A stretch of 64,000 bases of DNA, taken from Geopsychrobacteraceae bacterium (GTDB lineage: Bacteria > Desulfobacterota > Desulfuromonadia > Desulfuromonadales > Geopsychrobacteraceae). Position numbers and translations under genes: made by a program. Numbering within the stretch: position 1 is the first letter of the stretch; each line of letters starts with the position of its first letter. The notes beneath the pieces are model-generated. The model had not been told where the DNA came from. It did no database searches and saw only the letters and a program-made list of their open reading frames with translations. Below are positions 47,101 through 55,900 of the stretch, piece after piece. The stretch is taken from contig CAXXTB010000002.1 of NCBI GenBank assembly GCA_963676795.2, forward strand, positions 1,312,001 to 1,376,000, in the 5' to 3' direction.

Positions 47101-47829
47101 ATGTCCACAGTATTCAAGCCGATTCAGCCCAAAAAACTCTCGGAAGAGATTGTTGATCAGATCCGCGAGCTGATTGTCAGCGGTTCGCTCGGACCGGGAG
47201 AGAAGATCCCATCGGAACGCGAGCTCGCCACTCTGCTGGGGGTCAGTCGCCCCTCAGTCCGCGAAGCGATCATGGTTCTTGAGGCACTGGGCTATCTGGA
47301 ATCGCGCCAGGGGGGAGGGACCTTTGTCCGGTCGATGGCTGACGCAGCGCTGGCGGATCCCTTGACGTCGATGGTTGAGAGCAGGGATCCTCGTGCTCTG
47401 CTCGCGCTGACGGAGATCCGCATCGGCCTTGAGGCCTGGTCGGCATATCTTGCCGCCAAGCGGGCAACCGTTGATGACATCGCACGCTTACGCAAGCTTT
47501 ATGCGGTGATGGAAAAGCAGGCTGTTGACGGTGGCTGGGATCCGGAGGTCGATATCCAGTTTCACCTGACAATAACGGCTGCCACGCACAATACGCTTCA
47601 GGTTCATATCCTTGATACGGTGCAGAATCTCTACAAGACGACCATCATGGTTGCGCTGGGTGAATTCTACCGCAAGGAAGGGTATATCGAGCTCCTGCTC
47701 GAATTTCACCGGGAGATCCTTGAAGCAATCGAAGCGCGTGATGCTGAGAGGGCCCGCCAGGGGATGTTGCGCCATCTGACTTTTGTCGAAGAGCAGCTGG
47801 AGTTGTTTCTCGACCGAGGGCAGGAGTGA
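47101..47829 (+). CDS. GntR/FadR-family regulator (LldR/PdhR-like)
   Basis: PGEKIPSERELA..LGVSRPSVREA, GGGTFV, FCD domain (DIQFH, ATHN); SD GGAGAGG before ATG 47101. Confidence 0.92.
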   Translation: MSTVFKPIQPKKLSEEIVDQIRELIVSGSLGPGEKIPSERELATLLGVSRPSVREAIMVLEALGYLESRQGGGTFVRSMADAALADPLTSMVESRDPRALLALTEIRIGLEAWSAYLAAKRATVDDIARLRKLYAVMEKQAVDGGWDPEVDIQFHLTITAATHNTLQVHILDTVQNLYKTTIMVALGEFYRKEGYIELLLEFHREILEAIEARDAERARQGMLRHLTFVEEQLELFLDRGQE

Positions 47830-47853
47830 AATGGTTCAGAATGCCGAAATATG

Positions 47854-47887
47854 AAAAAGGAGCAGTCAGCGACTGCTCCTTTTTTTG
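47854..47887. terminator. Bidirectional intrinsic terminator
   Basis: AAAAAGGAGCAGTC-AGC-GACTGCTCCTTTTTTT between convergent genes. Confidence 0.88.
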
Positions 47888-47897
47888 TTGAAGGATA

Positions 47898-49103
47898 CTA
47901 TTTCATGCTGCATCCGGTTTCGGCAACCGGAACAACAGTGACGTCAGCCGGGACCATTGCAGCTTCACCAACGAAGACATGGTCAAAGTATGGCTGGTCT
48001 TTGACCATGGTTGCAACCCAGGCTGGCTGGATGGTCTGGTGGTCTTCGGCACGCATGAACATTTCGCCACCGACCCCTTTGTAGGTCAACCCTTCCCAGG
48101 CTTTAATAACCTTGTCGACATCATCGGAACCGGCTTTTTTGACCGCTTCGGCCCAGAACATGATCGATGCGTAGGATTTGCCGTTCAGGCCGGTCGGGTA
48201 ATAGCCCTTGTCCTTGTGGAACTGCTCGACAAAAGCTTTGTTTTCCGGGGTCGGAATGGTGATCATGTAGGAATCGCCGGTTGCGTTGCCGGCAATGGCG
48301 TCGTCATCAGCAATCCCTTTGACCAGGAACGGATCGTTCAGGTAGTAGGAAACGACCTTGGCCTTGAGGCCGAGGGATTTGCCCTGTTTGATCAGCAGGG
48401 TCAGGTCGTTGCCCCAGTTCGGGGAAAAGATCATTTCTGCACCGGATTCTATGATCTGGCTGACATAGGGAGCAAAGTCCTTTTCGCCGATTTTGTGAAA
48501 GATCGGGTTGATGATTTCGACATTGGGGTTGAGTTCCTTCAGCTTCTTGTTGAAGGCGGCGACCGCTTCATGACCGAAAGAGTAGTCCTGGCCGATGGCG
48601 ATGACCTTTTTCGCTCCGCTTTGAGCGACCCAATAGGCCAGGGCGTAGGAGTGGTTGTCGGTGTTCAGGCTGGTGCGGAAGAAGTTGCGTGAGCATTTTT
48701 CACCGGTCAGGCTGGCTGCGGCCATGCCGTAGGAGATCATGATGCCGCCATTTTTCTCAGCGAGGACTGACATGGCAGCGCCGACCGAACTGCCTGAACC
48801 GCCGGCAAAGTATTTGACGTCGTCTTTGAGAATGAGCTTGCTGGCTTTCCGGGTGGCACTGTCCGGTTTCATTTCGGAATCGATGGCAATAACCTCGATC
48901 TTTTTACCGAGCAGGCCGCCCTGAGCGTTGATGACCTCAGCCGCGTATTCGGCACCGGCAAAGTAGCGATCGCCCGTGTCTTTGAAGGTTCCCGAAAGTG
49001 GTTCGACGATGCCGATCTTGATGGTTTTGGCCGCAAAGGCAGGAACTGCTGCAATTAGCAGTGCCAGCGTGGCCGTAAGCAGGACGGAACTCAATTTTTT
49101 CAT
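47898..49103 (-). CDS. Liv-type (HAAT) ABC transporter substrate-binding protein
   Basis: Signal peptide, IKIG...PLSG, INAQGGLLGKKI, DYSFG, MRAEDHQ. Confidence 0.92.
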   Translation of the reverse strand: MKKLSSVLLTATLALLIAAVPAFAAKTIKIGIVEPLSGTFKDTGDRYFAGAEYAAEVINAQGGLLGKKIEVIAIDSEMKPDSATRKASKLILKDDVKYFAGGSGSSVGAAMSVLAEKNGGIMISYGMAAASLTGEKCSRNFFRTSLNTDNHSYALAYWVAQSGAKKVIAIGQDYSFGHEAVAAFNKKLKELNPNVEIINPIFHKIGEKDFAPYVSQIIESGAEMIFSPNWGNDLTLLIKQGKSLGLKAKVVSYYLNDPFLVKGIADDDAIAGNATGDSYMITIPTPENKAFVEQFHKDKGYYPTGLNGKSYASIMFWAEAVKKAGSDDVDKVIKAWEGLTYKGVGGEMFMRAEDHQTIQPAWVATMVKDQPYFDHVFVGEAAMVPADVTVVPVAETGCSMK

Positions 49104-49132
49104 ACTGCTACCTCCCTTGATAAGTGTGTGAA

Positions 49133-49837
49133 TCAGACCTCCAGGTATGTCTTGCGAATATCCTCTGCTGCGTGCAGAGCATCTTTATCCCCTTCAAAAA
49201 CGATCTTCCCTTTACCCATGACATAAAAACGGCTGGCGACCTTGATCGCCGCCTTGAAGTTTTGTTCGACCATCAGGATCGAGACACCCGACTCAAGAAC
49301 GTGGGCGAGCATGTCAAGAACGTCCTTGACGATCAGTGGCGCCAGCCCCTCGGTCGGTTCATCGATGAGGATCAGTTCCGGGTTGCCCATCAGGGTGCGC
49401 GCGACAGTCAGCATCTGCTGCTCGCCGCCGGAGAGGTGGGCACCCTTGTTCTTGTAGCGTTCCTTGAGGCGCGGGAAAGCTTCGTAGATCCGTTCCAGGT
49501 TCCACTGGGGACCGGAGCCGATCCCCTTCTTGATACCGATCTGCAGGTTCTCATTGACGGTCAGGCTTTTAAATATGCGGCGTTCCTCGGGAACAAAACC
49601 CATCCCCAGACGGGCGATGGCAAAGGGGGGCTTGCCGGCAACATCCGCACCTTTGAACAGCACTTTGCCCGAACGTGGCGTGACCACGCCCATGATGCTC
49701 TTCAGGGTTGTCGATTTGCCGACACCGTTACGCCCCAGCAGGCAGACCATCTCGCCGGATTTGATCTCAAGGGTCACGCCGTGCAGGATGTGGCTTTTGT
49801 CGTAGTAGCTGTGGATGTCATCAACCTGTAACAGCAT
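49133..49837 (-). CDS. Liv-type ABC transporter ATPase (LivF-like)
   Basis: GRNGVGKST, FPRLKER, LSGGEQQML, DEPTEGLAP. Confidence 0.93.
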   Translation of the reverse strand: MLLQVDDIHSYYDKSHILHGVTLEIKSGEMVCLLGRNGVGKSTTLKSIMGVVTPRSGKVLFKGADVAGKPPFAIARLGMGFVPEERRIFKSLTVNENLQIGIKKGIGSGPQWNLERIYEAFPRLKERYKNKGAHLSGGEQQMLTVARTLMGNPELILIDEPTEGLAPLIVKDVLDMLAHVLESGVSILMVEQNFKAAIKVASRFYVMGKGKIVFEGDKDALHAAEDIRKTYLEV

Positions 49838-50575
49838 TTATTCCTCCTCGCCCAGATAAGCATCTTTGACGCGTTGATCGTTGCGAATCTTGTCGGGGGT
49901 GTCCGACGCCAGAATGGTGCCGTAGTGGAGCACGGAAATGGTGTCGGCCAGGGTGAAGACGACATCCATGTCGTGCTCGATGATCAGCAGACTCTTGTCG
50001 ACTGTGACCTTCTGGATCAGTTCGATCGCTTCAGCTGTTTCCTCGCGTGTCATACCGGCCGTCGGTTCATCGAGCAGAATCATCTCCGGTTCGGTCGACA
50101 GGGTCACACCGATCTCAAGAGCGCGTTGCTGACCATAGGAGAGTTCTCTGGCCGTGGTATCGGTGACCTTTTCCAGGCCGACCTCCTCGATGATTGCCCG
50201 CGTCTTGTCGCAGATCTCCTTGTTGCTGGTCGGTGACTTGAAGAAGTTGTAACGCATCCCGTGGTGGCAGCGTACGCCGGCGATGACGTTGTCAAAGACG
50301 CTCAGCTCCTGAAAGACATTGGTGATCTGAAAGGAACGGGAGAGGTTCATGCGGTTGCGGATGTGCGGCGGCTCGCGGGTGATGTCCTTGTCCTTGAAGG
50401 TCACTCGTCCCGAAGTCGGCCGGAACTTGCCGCTGATGATGTTGAACAGGGTGGTCTTGCCGGCGCCGTTCGGACCGATGATCGCGTGGTTTTCCCTGTC
50501 GGCAACCTTGAAGGTGACTTCCTTGAGGACTTCGAGGCCGGAGAAGTTCTTTTTGATCTGATTGACATCAAGCAT
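49838..50575 (-). CDS. Liv-type ABC transporter ATPase (LivG-like)
   Basis: GPNGAGKTT, RSFQ, LSYGQQR, DEPTAG, EHDM, AYLG. Confidence 0.93.
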   Translation of the reverse strand: MLDVNQIKKNFSGLEVLKEVTFKVADRENHAIIGPNGAGKTTLFNIISGKFRPTSGRVTFKDKDITREPPHIRNRMNLSRSFQITNVFQELSVFDNVIAGVRCHHGMRYNFFKSPTSNKEICDKTRAIIEEVGLEKVTDTTARELSYGQQRALEIGVTLSTEPEMILLDEPTAGMTREETAEAIELIQKVTVDKSLLIIEHDMDVVFTLADTISVLHYGTILASDTPDKIRNDQRVKDAYLGEEE

Positions 50576-50577
50576 GG

Positions 50578-51579
50578 TCAGTTCTCCTCTACGCAGGGGC
50601 TGGAGTCGTTGTCGTCAGGAGTTCTTCGTTGCCTGATCTTGTCGATAATGAAATCGCCGAGGCCGGAAATCCCTTTGGGGACGTAGAGAATCATGAAGAT
50701 GAAGATCAGCCCCATGACCAACGGCCAGCGATCGGTGATGTCACTCAGGTAGTCCTGCAGGTAGATGTAGACGCAGGCACCGATCAACGGACCGGCAAAA
50801 TAGCGGCTGCCACCGATGATGACCATCAGGATGACCGAGGTCGACATGTCGAGGCTGATCGAGGAGATCGAGGTGAATTCATAGAACAGGGTATAGAAGG
50901 AGCCGGCCAGTCCGGCCAGGGCTCCGGTAAAGATAAACAGGATCAGCCGGCTGATATTGGTGTTGTAGCCGAGAAAGCGCATCCGTTCTTCATTCTCGCG
51001 CATCAGCACCACGGTTTTGCCCATGGCCGTTTTGGTGAAAAACCAGCAGAACAGGACCACCAGGCCGATAACGATCAGGGCCAGGTAGTAGAAGAAGGTT
51101 ATCCCTGAGGTGTCGACGCTGGTTACGCCCAGATTGATCGGTGGGCGGAAGATGCTCAGGCCGTCATCTCCGCCGGTGATGGTGTACCATTTCATCGCGA
51201 TGGCGAAAAACAGCGCATTGAAGGCCAGTGTCAGCAGGGCAAAGGGAGTTCCTTTGTGACGCAGCAGCAGGCTACCGACGATCAATCCGGCGATGATGGT
51301 CACGATCAGACTGAGGAAGACCGCACTGATCAGGCTTAAGCCGTCGATCTGGGTGATGAAGATGGCTGTGGCATAGGAGCCGATGCCGAAGAACATCGCA
51401 TGGCCGAAGGAGAGCAGGCCGCCATAGCCGAGCAGCAGGTTGTAGCTGATGGCAAAAAGGCCGAAGATGAACATCTCGCTGAGCAGTGAGATATAGTACC
51501 TGTGGGTGAAGGCGGGCAGGATAAATAACAGCAGGGCAATAACGGCAACGCTGATCAGCGTGGAGCGATTTTTCAGCAT
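50578..51579 (-). CDS. Liv-type ABC transporter permease (LivM-like)
   Basis: GYGGLLSFGHAMFFGIG, TGGDDG, RENEER, YVPKGI. Confidence 0.92.
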   Translation of the reverse strand: MLKNRSTLISVAVIALLLFILPAFTHRYYISLLSEMFIFGLFAISYNLLLGYGGLLSFGHAMFFGIGSYATAIFITQIDGLSLISAVFLSLIVTIIAGLIVGSLLLRHKGTPFALLTLAFNALFFAIAMKWYTITGGDDGLSIFRPPINLGVTSVDTSGITFFYYLALIVIGLVVLFCWFFTKTAMGKTVVLMRENEERMRFLGYNTNISRLILFIFTGALAGLAGSFYTLFYEFTSISSISLDMSTSVILMVIIGGSRYFAGPLIGACVYIYLQDYLSDITDRWPLVMGLIFIFMILYVPKGISGLGDFIIDKIRQRRTPDDNDSSPCVEEN

Positions 51580-52439
51580 TACAGGTCCTCCCCGAACAGG
51601 CCGGAAGGTTTGACGACAAGCACTATAGCCATCAGCAGGTACATCAGGGCCAGCGACAGTTTCGGAAAGAACAGGGCGCCGAACGACTGCAGTTCTCCGA
51701 TCATCAGTGAGGCGACCAGCGCGCCGCCGAGGCTGCCCATGCCGCCGATAACGATAACGACAAAGGCGTCGACCAGAATCTCAGCGGCCATGCCCGGGTA
51801 GGTGGTCAGCAGCGGCCCGGCGATGACCCCGGCAAAACCGGAGAGTCCGGCGCCGAGGCCGAAGATGCTCATAAATACCAGTGGGACATTGATCCCCAGA
51901 GCGTTGACCATTCCGTGATCGTCAACAGCAGCCCGAACGATGATGCCAAGCCTGGTTTTATAGAGCAGAAAGGCCATGATCAGACAGACCAGGACAGCGC
52001 AGCCGAGCATGAACAGGCGATAGATCGGGTAGGGTAGTCCGAACAGGGTGATTGACTCGGTCAGGAACCCATCCAGGTTGACGCCCAGGGGGAAGTTGCC
52101 CCAGATCCACTTGACCAGTTCGGTGATAACGTAGGCGACCCCGAAGGTGACCAGCAGTTCATGGACATGCCCGTACTTATGGGCTTTTACCAGCAGGAAC
52201 TTCTGGATCAGGGAGCCGATGACGAACAGGATGATCGGACAGACGATCAATGACAGGTAGAAATTTCCGGTCCATTGCAGAAAGCTGTACGACAGATAGG
52301 CCCCGAGCATATAGAAGGATGCGTGGGCCAGGTTCAGCACATTCATCATGCCGAAAACCATCGTCAGGCCGGAAGAAATGAGAAAGAGCAGACCTGCGTA
52401 GACGAGGCCATGAAGGAAGAAAACCGCGAGATCCGTCAT
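51579..52439 (-). CDS. Liv-type ABC transporter permease (LivH-like)
   Basis: GLTMVFGMMNVLNLAHA, TRLG..VRA, IGGMGS, KPSGLFG; ATG at 52439. Confidence 0.92.
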   Translation of the reverse strand: MTDLAVFFLHGLVYAGLLFLISSGLTMVFGMMNVLNLAHASFYMLGAYLSYSFLQWTGNFYLSLIVCPIILFVIGSLIQKFLLVKAHKYGHVHELLVTFGVAYVITELVKWIWGNFPLGVNLDGFLTESITLFGLPYPIYRLFMLGCAVLVCLIMAFLLYKTRLGIIVRAAVDDHGMVNALGINVPLVFMSIFGLGAGLSGFAGVIAGPLLTTYPGMAAEILVDAFVVIVIGGMGSLGGALVASLMIGELQSFGALFFPKLSLALMYLLMAIVLVVKPSGLFGEDL

Positions 52440-52733
52440 AGATATCTTTCCTTGGTTGGGGTGGCAGAATAAAAACGGCACAACACAAAAACTATCTTTG
52501 ACAACGCGTTATTTTCTAATCTTTTTATCTCGCAGATCAGTGCTAGTCAAGGCGATTTCACGTTAATTTTTAACAATCAAGATGCAATGATATAGAGCAT
52601 TTTGTTCATCCTTAATGTGAGGATTGTTGTCATAACCAACCGAAATACTGTATATCGTAATTTGTCTTATTTTCACTTATTGTTAAGTTTTTCACTTATA
52701 TGGTTCGAGGTAAGTTTACAAAACTCTTCTTGC

Positions 52734-52762
52734 TTGACTTTGAATATTAAAAGAATTAATCT
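52734..52762 (+). promoter_or_regulatory. Probable sigma70 promoter upstream of the riboswitch
   Basis: TTGACT-17 nt-TAATCT, about 35 nt before the aptamer. Confidence 0.6.
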
Positions 52763-52797
52763 TCATGAGAATGTTTTCAGGAAAAACAATATAACGA

Positions 52798-52878
52798 CTC
52801 CGACAAGGGCAAAATCAGAGTAATCTGGTGACGCAAAGCCTACGGATCCAAAGATTGGATGGCCGGGTTGCCGAAGAG
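52798..52878 (+). ncRNA. GEMM-I (c-di-GMP-I class) riboswitch aptamer
   Basis: CGACAA-GGGCAAA-ATCAGA-GTAA-TCTGGT-GACGCAAAGCC-TACGG-ATCC...GGAT-GGCCGGGTTGCCGA: GNRA-capped P2, GCAAAGC junction, P3 and P1 all present. Confidence 0.92.
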
Positions 52879-52903
52879 GTGAGATCGCTTCATATGAAGC
52901 AGT

Positions 52904-52937
52904 AACGCTCATCTTCGGTTGAAGAGAGCGTTTTTTT
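52904..52937 (+). terminator. Riboswitch expression-platform terminator
   Basis: AACGCTC-A-TCTTC-GGTT-GAAGA-GAGCGTT then T-run, upstream of the ATG at 52994. Confidence 0.88.
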
Positions 52938-52993
52938 GTTTCCATGAGTTGCTCGTCCGGACTCCTGAATTCTTAAATTGAAAAGTTGCGTAA

Positions 52994-55900
52994 ATGAAAA
53001 GTTATCTGAAGGTAAATACCCGCTCTGTGCGCGAGCAGAGGGACAGTTGCCGCAACTGTTCCCAGAAATTGTGGCTGACACTCTTCGCAGTTCTCTGTCT
53101 GCTGACGCTTATTGCCCCGTCTCCGGCATCCTCTGCTCCCTGTGATGTCAAATCCGGTTTTCCGTTCGTCGACCATGACACCTCATCCAGCTATTGTGAA
53201 CTGTGCGGATACAGTTATGTAACAGTCGTTATCAGCAACCCCTACAGTTATACCGCTGGTGCCTTGCCGGCCGATCCGGATGTGCCCGGAGCGGTGATGA
53301 CCGATATCGTTCTGGTTGAAAATCTCGGGATTTCAGGTCTGGAGTTTGCTCCAGGTGCTCCCACGCCGATTACTTATCAGGTGAATGGCGGAATTACGCA
53401 AAATGGTGTCGATACAGGACTAAGTGGCAGCGTCCTGACCTTCACCTCTGCAGAGATTCCTGCTCTTGCGTCTTTGACTGCCAACGCTGGGGCTTCCCAG
53501 GTCAATACCATCTCGATCAGATTTGCCGTAGCGCGCAGCATCGACCCTGAAGGGCTTATTTCTGCGGATCGTCAGATCGAGACAACGATCAGTTTCGATA
53601 CCTACCGCGATCCTGCCGACCCGGATTACGACATACTCGTCCCTGCCAATAATGAATTGGACTGTGGCGACTCTCCGCAGGACGATCTGGCCACGCTGCC
53701 ACTACGTGAGCCGATTCCGCAAATCACCAAGACCGGTTGGAATGTCGATGCGGGGCAGGACCAGGGGAGTGCATCTGATCCGGTCTATGCCATGGACAAC
53801 GATGACATTGTCTGGCGGATTCAGATCGACAACATCGGCAATGCCGAGCTGCAGGACCTGCGCTTTGACGATCTGATGGATACGGGCAGCCTGGTTGTCA
53901 ATTATGTCTGCACGACAGAGGGCGCTGCCAACAGCATAGCGCTCAATAATGGCGCCGGCCCCGCTGCGGGGTGTACAAGCGCAAGCAACAGTATCGATGA
54001 TTACGTCGTCGCTAACCAGATTGCCCAGGGGGGGAGCCTGTCGGTCTATCTGGTTGGCAAAGCCAGCTCAACAGCCTCCTGCCAGACGAACCGGAACAAC
54101 ACCGTTGACGATGTTCAATGGGGCTGTGACGTTCAGGCGCCGGTGGGAGGAATTACCCAGACCTCAGGCGGGACGATCCCTTACGATCAGGCGACCCTCT
54201 ATACGCGCTATAACGATGACCACCCGATTCTGACTGTTGAACGTCATCTGACCGGCGTCAATACCTCGCAGCCGGTCGGCAGCCGCGGCATGATGACGAT
54301 CATCATCCGAAACACCAGCGGCGGGAGTGTCAATAATATCCAGCTCGATAATGTTCTTCCTGCGGAATACGTGGTTGATACGACCTTCGATCTTGAGGTC
54401 GACGTGACGCCGGCATATGGGGCCAGCTATCCCGGGCTGGTCGACGCAGCGACTTCTTCCTGGAATTTTGTTCTTAATGAAGCTCTGAGCCCCAAAGATC
54501 CGCATATCGATCTGTTGAGCAGCAGCGCCCATCCGCTCTACCCCGATCAGGTCAATATGCTGCGTAACGGCGATGTCGCTGTCGTGCGCTTCAGGGTGGT
54601 TTTGATCGAGTCCGATTATTATGATCGTCAGGCCAATCTGGACGTCAACCCGGAGGTGTATCCCGGGACAGATCCGACCTATCAGACCCCATTGAGCAAT
54701 GAACTGACTGTGAACTTTGATGTCTTCTGTACGTCCCAGGGCGCAGGCGGCCATTATCAGCTCGTCCTCGATGGCAACGGCAACGACAGCAGTACGGAAA
54801 ATGCAATACCGGCCTTTCCGGAAGACCTCGATATCCAGGTCGGTGGGGCTGTGTTCATTCTGACCAATGACCCGACCCAGGTTCTGACTTTGCCGATTCA
54901 GCTGACCAATAACGGTGGCCATGACGCGGAGGATTATCATGCCTTCGTAACCTTTGGTGCAACCATGAACGTCATCGGCGCACCAGCCGGCTGCAGTCAG
55001 ATTTCACTCGATGGCAATTATCAGCCGGCCCCCTGGAAGGTCTGGCTTGACCCGATTCATATCCCGGAGACGGCGACCGTCTATGAATGTACCGCGCCGG
55101 CGGTTATCGCTCCAAACCAGACGGTGACCTATAACTTCGATGTCATCAAGACGACCGATCCGGTGCGTATCGCTCTGGATGATCTGAGCCTGCGTGCCGA
55201 CGTTGTTGGCGAGATCACTCTGTATGACGGCAGTCTGCTGGCCTGGCCCGCCCCGATAATCCGCGCTGACGGCGAAACCGACCGTGCCAACAATTACTCT
55301 CTCGATGCGACCTGGGCCAGGGTCATTGGCTTTAACCTGAAGAAGGCCCAGATCGGAACCTGTAACGAGAACAATCCGCCAACCCTCGATGGTTCCGGTT
55401 TTGAAGAGGTCCAGATCGGCGAGGAGTGCTCGTTTAACATCGAAACCGGTGGCTGGTTCGGTTTTCAGACACCGGGTTATGCCTATATAGCTGTTCAGGA
55501 TATCCAGGTTGTCGACAACCTTCCCGATGGCCAGGCTTATATCTCGAGCAGTGATCCTTATACTGCATCAACTGCAGCTATCCAGGGGATCAGTGTTGAT
55601 CCCGCAGGTCTGACGATCCTGGATGAAGGCAATTTCGGCTGGATCTTCAACGTACCTGACAGCCAGCGCATCCAGGTTGCTGACGAATGGTTCATCGTCG
55701 ATACCACCTCACGACTGCTCAACAAGGAGGTCGATGTCAGGGCGGCGCCAAACCTGCACGCGACAGACAGTGCCAATGTCCTGACCTCGACCTTCCACGC
55801 AATTTTCAGTAACGTCAACACCGGTTCGATTGAGAATTACACCCTTGGTCCAAGCACCGTCGGTTATCCGATCGAACAGGTGCGCAGGGTCGATTTGCGC

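Noticed and set aside
31037..52500. Integrative island at tRNA-Leu
   Set aside because: No integrase, transposase or distal repeat of the tRNA 3' end was seen in the window
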